From NCBI GenBank assembly GCA_963797095.1, contig CAWCNY010000007.1, forward strand, positions 1 to 64,000: 64,000 bases of DNA, given 5' to 3'. A program made the translations under genes and the position numbers. Positions 1 through 8,846 of this stretch are shown piece after piece; positions within the stretch are counted from its first letter, which is position 1, and every line of letters starts with the position of its first letter. The stretch is from an uncultured Chloroflexia bacterium. GTDB lineage: Bacteria; Chloroflexota; Chloroflexia; QHBQ01; JADMIH01. Under the pieces are notes generated by a model. That model did no database searches. It was given only the letters and a program-made list of their open reading frames with translations, and was not told the origin of the DNA.

Positions 1-1101
1 ATTTATGATATCGCCGTCTTTGACTGTGTAGGTCTTGCCTTCCATGCGGACTGTGCCGTGCTTTTTGGCTTCGGGCATGCTGCCGGCGGAGATCAGGTCG
101 TCGTAGTGGACTACCTCGGCGCGGATGAAGCCACGCTCAAGGTCGGTGTGGATGGCACCGGCTGCGTGCTGGGCATTGGTGCCCTGGCGGATGGTCCATG
201 CACGCACTTCATCTTCGCCTGCGGTGAGGAAGGAGATCAGGCCGAGGAGTGAGTAGCTTTTGCTGACTACTTCGGCGAGGCGGGAGGGGCCAACACCCAT
301 CATTTCGCGGAACTCGGCGGCATCTTCTGAGGAAAGCTGGCCGATCTCCATCTCAAGCTGGGCGGGTATGGCGATCACGTCGGCGGAGGCGTTGCCGAGG
401 GCGGCACGCACCTTTGCTTCGAGGTCGGGGCCGGAGTTGAGGTTGTTTTCGCCCAGGTTGACCACTACGAGGAGGGGCTTGGCGGTGAGGAAGCCGTAGT
501 TGCGGATGGCTTTCTCGTCGTCTTCGGTGAGGCCCATATCGCGGATGGTGGCACCATCTTCGAGGGTGGGCACGATTCGGGTGAGCACGTCCTGCTCGCG
601 CTCGCGGGTCTCGCGCTCGACCCCTTTCATCTTGGGTATCTCGGCCTTGAGGCGCTCAAGACGGCGCTCGATGATGCCGAGGTCGGAGAAGGTCATTTCG
701 AGCATGACCGTCTCGGCATCGCGAGCGGGATCGACGGTGTCAACACCTTCGGGGAGGGGCACGGTGGGGTTGTCGAAGGCGCGCACTACGAGGACCAGGG
801 CCTCCATACCGCCCAGGAAGCCGAGGGTCTGGCGGCTGATAGGTTCTTTGCTGCCGCTCTCTTTGGCGGCGGCAGTCATACCCGGCACATCGGTGAACTG
901 CACGTCGGCGGGGGTGGTCTTGCGAGGGTGGTACATGGTGGTGAGCACGTCGAGGCGGGGGTCGGGCACTTTGACGACGGCTACATTGGGCTGGTCGCCC
1001 GATGAGTAGGCGGAGGTCTGGGCGTGCGAGCCGGTGATGGCGTTGAAGAGGGTGGTTTTGCCGCTGCCTTGCAGGCCGATGATACCGAGGTTGAGGGACA
1101 T
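1..1101 (-). CDS. ychF: Obg-like ATPase YchF (3' end runs off the window)
   Basis: Manual translation from ATG at 1101: MSLNLGIIGLQGSGKTTLFNAIT (P-loop), KVPDPRLD, FTDVPG, FLTAGEDEVRAWTI, AGAIHTDLERGFIRAEVV, RMEGKTYTVKDGDIIN. Absent from the ORF track because there is no stop inside the window. Confidence 0.93.
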   Translation of the reverse strand, partial: MSLNLGIIGLQGSGKTTLFNAITGSHAQTSAYSSGDQPNVAVVKVPDPRLDVLTTMYHPRKTTPADVQFTDVPGMTAAAKESGSKEPISRQTLGFLGGMEALVLVVRAFDNPTVPLPEGVDTVDPARDAETVMLEMTFSDLGIIERRLERLKAEIPKMKGVERETREREQDVLTRIVPTLEDGATIRDMGLTEDDEKAIRNYGFLTAKPLLVVVNLGENNLNSGPDLEAKVRAALGNASADVIAIPAQLEMEIGQLSSEDAAEFREMMGVGPSRLAEVVSKSYSLLGLISFLTAGEDEVRAWTIRQGTNAQHAAGAIHTDLERGFIRAEVVHYDDLISAGSMPEAKKHGTVRMEGKTYTVKDGDIIN

Positions 1102-1516
1102 ATGTGGTTACTCCAGGCTCCAAAGCGCCAACGCGCTAAAGCGCTAAAGTAGGTCTTATTTGCGATGATCCCTTTATTGTACTGCAAAGGGGCAGAGTCG
1201 AACCACAAAGACATACAGGGATTTTGTGCACGAAGAAACGAGGTTTGGCGAAGGGCACGAAGATTTCTTTGGGGTTTGAGTTTGAAGTTTGAGGTTCGAG
1301 GTCGGCAGGTGACGTTTTCGTATCCTCGGTTTGTTATTGGTAAGGTGCGCGACGTAGTGCGGTGGAGCGGTACACGGTTATATATGTTTGATCTTAGCAC
1401 ATATGTTTGCATTTGCATACGGCCATTTGGGTAGTTTTCTCTGCGATTTTGTGCGCTTACGTCAGGAATCCCAGGGCGCGTGGAAAGGGCGAGGCATGCC
1501 TCGCCCCTACAGCGGA

Positions 1517-3691
1517 TCAGCGAGGCACCAGGGGATAGAGTTGGTGGTAGCGGAAGGTGCCTAGCTGGGATAGGAGCACTTCATAGGGCGTGCCCGATAG
1601 TTCGGGGTGGAGTTCTAGGACGGCGCGCTCGAAGTACTGCACTGGGTACGGTTTGCCGTCCAGGTCGCTGATCTCGGTGAACTCGTCGGAGATGGGATAG
1701 CCTAGCTGGGTCAAGCCGCCGTGCTGCTGCCAGTACTGGAGGAATGTGCCTCCGAGGCGCTTGCCTGTTTGGGGGAAGAGGACGGAGCCTTCAGAGGTGT
1801 TGGGGGTCTGACCGGGCGCGCCTTGCAGGTATTGTTCTTTGTAGCGGAAGGTGCCTAGTTGCGAGAGGAGCACCTCGTAGGGAGTATCAACGTATTCGGG
1901 ATGGTACTCGAACACTGCGCGCTCGAAGTATTGGACTGTGTAGGGCTTGCCGTCCAGGTCTGAGACTTCGTTGAAAAGGTCGGAGATGGGATAGCCTTGC
2001 TGTAGGAGACCGCCGTGGTTGTTCCAGTAGTCGAGGAAGATGCCTGAGAGGGTGTGGCCTGTTTCGGGGAAGGTACGGCTGCCGATGCCTGGGAGAGTAA
2101 TGGAGGGTGTTGGGGCGGGGATCAAGGTTGGTGGTGGCGTGCTCCCTGGGGGCAGGATTTGCAGGAAGATGGCAGAGATAAGCCCCCAGCTTCCAAGCCC
2201 CTCGTAGTCGTTGACGCCGTGGCCGCGCACGAAAATGATGTGTTTGCCGGGGGAGAGAGCAGCCGTGTCGATGGAGGCCTGGACGGTTTCGGTGGGGGAG
2301 TCGAAGCTGCCATCCATTGGGCTCATAGGGATGGCAACACCACCGGCCCAGGGAGGGGTATCTATGTAGTATTCAGCGCCGCCTGCGTTCTGGAGGTAGT
2401 TGTTGAAGCGCCAGTTGTAGTTGATGGTGGCAGTGATGATGGGAGATTCGCCCGCGACGACTACGTGGGCAAGAGTTACATTGTTGGTGTCGGGGCCGCG
2501 AGCGAGGAGATAGGGTGTGCGGGCTATTTTCGCCATGTAGATCAGCATCTGCCTGTTGTTTTCCCATAAGGAGTTCAGCTGATCGTATGGAAGCGTATAG
2601 CCGGTTCCCGCAAGCTCGGTGCTGAATGCAGGCACCCCCAATTCGCCATAGGCCCAATCGATCTCGGTACCATCTGTGGGATAAAGGCACCCAGGCACGC
2701 CAAGTTGACAATATGTGTAGCCGTTGCCGCCTGCCTGGGGCGTGCTCATGTGCAGGGCGATGCTATCCAGGTCGGTTTTGTTACCGGCAGGGTTCGCTTT
2801 GAAACCCCAGGGATAGAGATCAAGCTTGGCGTAGTTGTGCATATCTTGCAAGATACCGGTGGCGGTGAGGGGAGCCGCGGCATCATCGTCCTCACCCCGC
2901 TGGTCGGGAAACAAGGCGCTGACCTGCGCCACGAGCGCCTGGGTCTCGTCCTCCGATGCAGGTGAAGGGCCGCGATAATTGGGCGCACACGGGTCGTCGG
3001 AAGCGCCGCTACAGCACGCCCATTTGAAAGGGAAGTTGCGGTTGAGATCGGTGCCCATCATGTTGAGGAGGGTGGGCGGGTAGGTGGCACAGCGGTGAGT
3101 ATTGTCGGCGTTCTTGCGCTGGACGTAAGTGGCCGGGGTTGCCTCCACGATGTGGTGGCCGTCGGGGTTGATTATAGGGGCTATCCAGATGTCGTGGTAG
3201 TCAACGAGCCAGTGGGCATCGGCGTTGGTATCATAGCCGTCGAGGAGCCAGGAAATGAAGCGCATAGCGATCTCAGGCGGGGTGATCTCGTTGGGATGTA
3301 TGCCCGCATCGAACCAGAAGACGGGCTTGGGGCCGGGAATGTCGCGGTTGGTGATGTGGAGCACAAGGAGGTCATAGCCGTCGAAGCCGGGGGCCGGGTT
3401 GGGGCATGGGGAGTGGGTCTTGCACCAGGAGTCTCCGAAATCGACCTTTTCGGCGAGGGTGGGGTGAGCGGCAACCTGGCTATCGAGGAAGGCCTGCTCT
3501 CCTTCGACGGTCTTGTAGCCGCCGTAAAAGGTTTGGGGGGCGGCTTGTTGGGCGGAGACACTTTGAGGTTGGAGGGTGGAAGTGTTAGCTGTGGCCTCGG
3601 CGGTAGCTCCGGAGGCGGAGGCGAAGAGCAGTGCTATCAGGGTGGTGGCGGAGAGGATGAAGGCTGCGGGTCGCTTTGCTGGTGTTGTCAT
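1517..3691 (-). CDS. Secreted M14 zinc carboxypeptidase (carboxypeptidase T-like) with duplicated C-terminal Chloroflexota-type surface module
   Basis: Signal peptide; DAGIHPNE (HxxE zinc ligands), NPDG, RKN, DLNRNF, DMHNY, FSTEL; Pro/Thr linker; two FPETG..GYPIS..YFERA..HPE repeats. Confidence 0.88.
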   Translation of the reverse strand: MTTPAKRPAAFILSATTLIALLFASASGATAEATANTSTLQPQSVSAQQAAPQTFYGGYKTVEGEQAFLDSQVAAHPTLAEKVDFGDSWCKTHSPCPNPAPGFDGYDLLVLHITNRDIPGPKPVFWFDAGIHPNEITPPEIAMRFISWLLDGYDTNADAHWLVDYHDIWIAPIINPDGHHIVEATPATYVQRKNADNTHRCATYPPTLLNMMGTDLNRNFPFKWACCSGASDDPCAPNYRGPSPASEDETQALVAQVSALFPDQRGEDDDAAAPLTATGILQDMHNYAKLDLYPWGFKANPAGNKTDLDSIALHMSTPQAGGNGYTYCQLGVPGCLYPTDGTEIDWAYGELGVPAFSTELAGTGYTLPYDQLNSLWENNRQMLIYMAKIARTPYLLARGPDTNNVTLAHVVVAGESPIITATINYNWRFNNYLQNAGGAEYYIDTPPWAGGVAIPMSPMDGSFDSPTETVQASIDTAALSPGKHIIFVRGHGVNDYEGLGSWGLISAIFLQILPPGSTPPPTLIPAPTPSITLPGIGSRTFPETGHTLSGIFLDYWNNHGGLLQQGYPISDLFNEVSDLDGKPYTVQYFERAVFEYHPEYVDTPYEVLLSQLGTFRYKEQYLQGAPGQTPNTSEGSVLFPQTGKRLGGTFLQYWQQHGGLTQLGYPISDEFTEISDLDGKPYPVQYFERAVLELHPELSGTPYEVLLSQLGTFRYHQLYPLVPR

Positions 3692-3861
3692 GATTGATCC
3701 TCTTGGGGTGCGTTTTAGGATATGGTCTTTAGCCGTAACGGGGCGATTCAGGAGGGGAATCAGTAGTTGATGGCGCGCTATTTGCTTATTATGCCGGACA
3801 GAAGAACGGGTTTGTCAAGACATTCATACAGAGAATCGGGGTAGATTCTGATCGCAGGATG

Positions 3862-3870
3862 TGGTACAAT
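3862..3870 (+). promoter_or_regulatory. Extended -10 promoter (TGGTACAAT) upstream of the VanW gene
   Basis: TGnTAcAAT; a near-identical element (TGGTATAAT) precedes sucD, tRNA-Gly and dedA. Confidence 0.5.
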
Positions 3871-4056
3871 TCGACCGAAAACTACCCGCCACTGTCACGC
3901 GGCAGGACCTCAGCACTTGCCCGGCAGAGGCTGCAACCTTACTCTCACACGAACGTTTTAATGAGACCTAATAGGACGCGGCTATCTGCCTGTAGAGTGC
4001 AGGCAGTAGCTGTAGTATTCCATTCTCTAGAGATAATATAAAGAGCGAGATATAAC

Positions 4057-6324
4057 ATGCAACGTACCAACACCGCAAAGCCCCCAGCAGTGCATGCATC
4101 CCATATTAATGCCCACGACATTGAGCTAGGCAATCAAAGACCCCGGAATATATTGGTAATCACGCTGATAGCGGTGGTTGGACTGATCGCCGCCAGCGTA
4201 GGAACAGTGGCGTGGTATTCGCTGTCGCATGACGGCAAGGTATACAACGGCGTCAGCGTGCTTGGCACAGCATTGGGCGGGATGTCGCGTGAAGAAGCGC
4301 AGGCAGCGCTCACGGAAGCATCGAGCGGATATCCGAGCGGGACGGTTGACGTGAGGGGCGCAGATAAGTCGTGGCAGTTCTCGACCGCCGACCTGGGGGT
4401 GGCGCTGGACGTGGAGCGGACCGTTGATGCGGCTTTCGGAGTTGGGCGCAATGGCGATACGCTGTTGAGCGACCTGGGCACGCAGATGGGAACACTGTTC
4501 AATGGCGTGGAGGTCGCTCCGGTGTTGAAGAACGACCCGGCATTGATCGCGGCAGCGGCAGAGCGGGTCGCGGGGGAGGTGGACAAGCCCGCGGTTGACA
4601 GCCGGTTGGAGAAGGGCGCAGACGGTGTGGTTATGGTCACTCCATCGGCGAGCGGCCTGAGCGTGGATCAGGATAAGCTGAGCGCGGATTTGACGCTGGC
4701 AGTGGTGGCCGAGCCGTTCGGCGGGGTGCAGGTTCAGACCAGGGTGGAGGCTCCGCAGATCGCGGAAAGCGACCTGGGAGGGACGAAAGCGCAGGCGCTG
4801 CTGCTGACGGAGCAGCCTGTGACGCTGACGGCGGGCGATCAAAATTGGACGCTGACGAGCGAAGATTTGCGCGGGATGCTGGTCATCGGCCACGATGGAG
4901 AGTCAACAGGGGCCGCGCTGGCTGAGGATGAGATAGAGGGATATTTAGCTCCGGTGGCCGAGGCTTTGCACACGGAGCCTGTGGATGCTTCGATTTCTAT
5001 AGGTAACAGCACGGTTACATTGGACGAGGATCAGCCGGGGCAGGACCTGGATGTGAAGGCGGCGGCGGCGGCTATAGAGCAGGCCGCAGCCAGCGAGGAT
5101 GCGTCGGGGCGCGTGGTGGCTCTGCCTTTGAAGGAAGTGCCTGCGGGGGGGAGGACCGAGCAGTTGCGGGCGGTCTACGACAAGGCAAGCGCGCTGGTGG
5201 CAAACGGCGTGCGCGTGCGCTATGGCGAGGATACGTATATCATGCGGGCCAATTCGGTGACGGGCTTCATCAGCGTGGAGCCTGCACAGGGCGGGCCTGG
5301 GCGGATGGTGATCAAGGTTGACGAGGACGCGCTGGCGTACCGGATTTCGGGGATCGCCACTACTTATGTCAACCGGCAGCCGTCGGATGCACGCTTTAAG
5401 GTGATAAATGGAGTGCCGCAGAAAGTGGCCGATGCGATGGTGGGTGTGACGGTGGACGTGGACGCATCGGTGGCGAACGTAGAGAAAGCGCTGGAGACCT
5501 ACGGGGGCAACGGCACTATGGAGGCCGACCTTGTGGTGTCGACAGCGGAGCCTTCGGTGAAGGACGCGGACCTCGCCAATATCAACACGCCCGATATGCT
5601 GGCCTACGGGCAGACATCGTATGCGACCTCGTCGGCCAACAGGCGGTGGAATGTGGAATTGGGCGCGAGGAACATCGATGGCACGCTGGTGCCGCCGGGC
5701 GGGATTTTCTCGACCGTGGACACGATTGGGCCGCTGACTCTGGACGCGGGTTTCAAGATGGGGTTCGCGATCCAGGGAGATGGAGAGGGCGGGCTGACGA
5801 CCGTACCTGCGGAGGCAGGCGGTATATGCCAGGTGTCTACCACGCTGTTCCACGCGGTGTTCAGGGGCGGGTTGGAAGTGGTTGAGCGCAACTGGCACTC
5901 TTACTGGATCAACCTGTACGGAATAGCGCCCACCGGGTTGCAAGGGCTGGACGCGACTATCGCGCCGCCTTATAAGGATTTCAAGTTCAAGAATGACACG
6001 GGCAACTGGCTGCTGATCAAGGCGATACCGGACGGAAAGAATCTTACTTTCCAGCTATGGGGCGTGAACCCGCACTGGACTGTGGCTATCAGCAAGCCTG
6101 TGATCACGAATGTAAGGCCGACCACTCAGGCCGATATTATTGAGTACTCGGCGGATTGGCCCGCGAGCGCGGGCAAGGTGATGGTAGAGCATGCAGCCGA
6201 TGGGTTCGACGCAAGCATCCACCGGGTGGTGACCGACGCGAGCGGGAATGTGATCGATGATTGGGTTGCTAAGAGCAGCTACCAGCCTGCACACAACAGG
6301 TATTTGATCGGGACAGGGAAGTAA
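4057..6324 (+). CDS. VanW family protein with N-terminal TM and peptidoglycan-binding (PG_binding_4-like) repeats, YoaR-like
   Basis: TM followed by GVSVLGTALGGMSREEA; C-terminal NRRWNVELGA..IDGTLVPPGGIFS, GGICQVSTTLFHA, ERNWHSY, GLDATI, DFKFKNDTG. Confidence 0.88.
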   Translation: MQRTNTAKPPAVHASHINAHDIELGNQRPRNILVITLIAVVGLIAASVGTVAWYSLSHDGKVYNGVSVLGTALGGMSREEAQAALTEASSGYPSGTVDVRGADKSWQFSTADLGVALDVERTVDAAFGVGRNGDTLLSDLGTQMGTLFNGVEVAPVLKNDPALIAAAAERVAGEVDKPAVDSRLEKGADGVVMVTPSASGLSVDQDKLSADLTLAVVAEPFGGVQVQTRVEAPQIAESDLGGTKAQALLLTEQPVTLTAGDQNWTLTSEDLRGMLVIGHDGESTGAALAEDEIEGYLAPVAEALHTEPVDASISIGNSTVTLDEDQPGQDLDVKAAAAAIEQAAASEDASGRVVALPLKEVPAGGRTEQLRAVYDKASALVANGVRVRYGEDTYIMRANSVTGFISVEPAQGGPGRMVIKVDEDALAYRISGIATTYVNRQPSDARFKVINGVPQKVADAMVGVTVDVDASVANVEKALETYGGNGTMEADLVVSTAEPSVKDADLANINTPDMLAYGQTSYATSSANRRWNVELGARNIDGTLVPPGGIFSTVDTIGPLTLDAGFKMGFAIQGDGEGGLTTVPAEAGGICQVSTTLFHAVFRGGLEVVERNWHSYWINLYGIAPTGLQGLDATIAPPYKDFKFKNDTGNWLLIKAIPDGKNLTFQLWGVNPHWTVAISKPVITNVRPTTQADIIEYSADWPASAGKVMVEHAADGFDASIHRVVTDASGNVIDDWVAKSSYQPAHNRYLIGTGK

Positions 6325-6336
6325 GGGCGAACCAAC

Positions 6337-6526
6337 ACCCCCGCACCCCCGCCCCTCTCCCCGCCTGAGGCGGGGAGAGGGGAGTTTTGTTAAGGAGAGA
6401 GTTGGGGGGACACCCCAAACCCCCCGGCAGGCAGTTCCGCCTGCACCCCCTTGAACTTGGGAGGCGAAAGAGGGGTTGGAGAGAACACCCGAACCCCGGC
6501 AGGCTGTTCCACCTGCACCCCCTTTC
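6337..6526. repeat. Composite REP-like palindromic element
   Basis: Perfect hairpin CCCCTCTCCCCGCC-tga-GGCGGGGAGAGGGG (6352-6382), then two imperfect direct copies of a G.GTTGG.G.ACACCC..ACCCCGGCAGGC..TTCC.CCTGCACCCCCTT unit; a related copy lies at about 57003-57113. Confidence 0.7.
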
Positions 6527-6549
6527 CGAGAAACATGCGATAATCGGGT

Positions 6550-7299
6550 ATGACACCTGAGTTGGCTGCGTTTTCGGATTGGGTGCTGGCGGTTGTGCCG
6601 CGCCTGTTTTTGTATCCCGGCGGGGTGTGGATGGTGGTTGGGCTGGTAATTATGCGGGCTGTCGGCGGGGGCGAAAGGTCAGGGCCGGGAGGATGGGTCG
6701 GGGAGTTGGCGCGAGTGAACCTGGGGGCGGCGGCTTGCGGTTGGGTTGCGCTGGCTTTGCTGCCGATGCCTGGAGCGCAGGCGCTGCCGGCTCCGGTGGA
6801 CAGGTGGGTGCTTAGTGCGCTGGTGGCGCTATCGCTGCTACTTGACCTGGACGCAGCGGATGTTGAGGCTCGCAGGTGGCGCGTGCTGGCGGGTGCCGAG
6901 ATCACGCTGGCGTTGCTGGCCCCACTGGCTAGAGGTGAGGCGTTGCTTGTGGGTGGAGAAGGGTTGGAGGCGAGTTGGGCTGCCTGGATCGCCATCCCTG
7001 CTGTGGCACTGGGGATGGTGGCGCTGGTGTGGTCGGGGGATGTGGGGTTGGGGAGTGGAGTGAGGGGGCTTGCGTGGGCAGGGTTGGGGCTTGCACCGCT
7101 ATGGCCTTTGCTGCCCGATAGCTGGTTGACAGCTACATTGGTGGTATTTGGGGTCGTGTGCCTGCTGTGGTGGGCAGCACGCAGGACGGCGCGACAAATG
7201 GAAGGCCGGGAGGCGCAGAGGTTAATTGGGACGGTGGTGGCTAGCCTGTGGCTTCTGGCGCTGGGATCGTTGCTGGCTGCGCTTCTTTTTGCTCGGTGA
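6550..7299 (+). CDS. Hypothetical multi-pass membrane protein
   Basis: 249-aa, very hydrophobic ORF with about 7-8 TM-like segments; its 3' end overlaps the convergent PLD gene by 59 nt. Confidence 0.65.
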   Translation: MTPELAAFSDWVLAVVPRLFLYPGGVWMVVGLVIMRAVGGGERSGPGGWVGELARVNLGAAACGWVALALLPMPGAQALPAPVDRWVLSALVALSLLLDLDAADVEARRWRVLAGAEITLALLAPLARGEALLVGGEGLEASWAAWIAIPAVALGMVALVWSGDVGLGSGVRGLAWAGLGLAPLWPLLPDSWLTATLVVFGVVCLLWWAARRTARQMEGREAQRLIGTVVASLWLLALGSLLAALLFAR

Positions 7300-8374
7300 A
7301 CTCGCCCGACTGGGCCGCGTATTTGCTCACGATGGAGTGGATGTAGTCGCGATAAGTGTCGGCGAGGAGAGTCGAGCGGATAATGAGGGAGTTTTCGGCG
7401 TTCTTCTGGGCGTGGCGCGAGAAATTGTAGGAGCCTGTGAGCACGGTATCGTCGAGCACCATGATCTTATTATGCATATAGTCGTGCTTGCTCGAAGGGT
7501 TGTAAGGAGTGCTGTGCTTGCCCACCAGGTTGCCGTAATGGACGATGCTGGCGAACGCACCTATCTTCCAATTGTTGGCCGGGACCAACTGCCACTGGTA
7601 TTTGACCCCCTCCATCTGAGTGAGGTCGTAGATGCCCTCGATGTGGACGCCGCGCTCCATTGCGTCGAGGAGGGCGCGGATTATGCGGGTGGAGGTTATT
7701 ACTACGGCGGCGATGGTGATCATATCTCGGGTGCGATTGATAGCATTGGCTATGCTTTCGTCTATCCAATCGCCTTCGCCCGGTGAGAAGTTGACCAGGA
7801 CGTAGGCGGGCTTGCCCCCGTAGACCAGGGTGGCCTCCCCGCTGTCCATGACGCCCTCGGACTCGATGCGGGAATCGATCCAGAGCTCTTCGAAGTCTTT
7901 GAGATAATACTGAGCCAATTCCTGGGAGCGAAGGATGATGACGTTGTTTTCTTCGAGGTCCCAGCTATCGTCGGTGAAGTTGGTGGACCCCGTCCAGATG
8001 GCAGCCTGGGGGGTTTTGCCGTCCAGGATGATGTATTTGTGGTGCATGAGGGCGCGGTCGCCCTCGATCATCCTGGAGGGGAAGCCGAGAGACTGGACGA
8101 AGAGGGGGGTGCCCAGATCGCAGGGGTCGTTGTGCCACGCACCAGGGGGCTGAGGGTTGGCGGCGTCATAGGCGATGCGGATTTTGACCCCGGCGGCGGC
8201 ACGCTCCTTGAGAGCCTCCATAATAATGTTGCGCTCGTTGGGGCAGAGGTTGAAGGAATAGGCAGCTATCTCAATGGTCTGTGTGGCCTGGGAGACATAA
8301 GTGGCTATTTTTTTGGCTACATCATCGGTTGACTGGCAACCTTCACAAAGGAAGTAGGTTTCTATTGTGTCCAT
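7241..8374 (-). CDS. Phospholipase D-like domain protein (two HKD motifs)
   Basis: MHHKYIILD...WTGSTNFT and MHNKIMVLD...TGSYNFS. Confidence 0.9.
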   Translation of the reverse strand: MDTIETYFLCEGCQSTDDVAKKIATYVSQATQTIEIAAYSFNLCPNERNIIMEALKERAAAGVKIRIAYDAANPQPPGAWHNDPCDLGTPLFVQSLGFPSRMIEGDRALMHHKYIILDGKTPQAAIWTGSTNFTDDSWDLEENNVIILRSQELAQYYLKDFEELWIDSRIESEGVMDSGEATLVYGGKPAYVLVNFSPGEGDWIDESIANAINRTRDMITIAAVVITSTRIIRALLDAMERGVHIEGIYDLTQMEGVKYQWQLVPANNWKIGAFASIVHYGNLVGKHSTPYNPSSKHDYMHNKIMVLDDTVLTGSYNFSRHAQKNAENSLIIRSTLLADTYRDYIHSIVSKYAAQSGEFTEQKEAQPATIPAPEATG

Positions 8375-8479
8375 AATTTGAGTGTTGGATTTCGGATTCT
8401 TTTTTGTACACGAAGATATGAGGGAGGACGAAGGGCACGAAGGGTTTTAGGGTTGCAGGTTGGGAGTGTAGTGTGTGGA

Positions 8480-8824
8480 TCAGGTCTTAGGTTTTGGGTC
8501 GTCGGTGGGCTTTATTTCTTCAGGAGGCAGGTTGATTTTATCCGCTATGAGGAAGCGGAGGCCCAGGAGGATCGCGAGGGCCAGGACAAAGAGGAACATG
8601 ATAGTTATGTCGGAGGAGTCGAGGGTGGCATAGTCGCTGAACGAATGATACGCTATGATGAGGCCAACCGCAACTACGCCCAAAGGTATATAGGGGCGAG
8701 GATGGACAGTACGCCCGGCGGCTTCGACGCGCCTGTCGGCGTTGGCGGAGCGAATCAGCATGTAGACGCCACCGGAGGCTATGGCAAGCCCGGCAGCGAC
8801 AAGCAGAAGTTCGACAAAGCTCAT
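8480..8824 (-). CDS. Small hypothetical membrane protein (3 TM)
   Basis: 114-aa ORF co-directional with its neighbours; three hydrophobic segments. Confidence 0.65.
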   Translation of the reverse strand: MSFVELLLVAAGLAIASGGVYMLIRSANADRRVEAAGRTVHPRPYIPLGVVAVGLIIAYHSFSDYATLDSSDITIMFLFVLALAILLGLRFLIADKINLPPEEIKPTDDPKPKT

Positions 8825-8846
8825 GAATGGAGAATATAGAGCATCG

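Noticed and set aside
3880-3900. ACTACCCGCCACTGT resembling a cobalamin riboswitch core
   Set aside because: The upstream GGGAA..GGTG.AA.TCC and downstream B12-box elements are missing, and the downstream gene is unrelated to B12.
6550-7299. NuoH/HyfC-like subunit (LFLYPGG start)
   Set aside because: Only a superficial N-terminal resemblance; the conserved acidic loop motifs and other complex subunits are absent.
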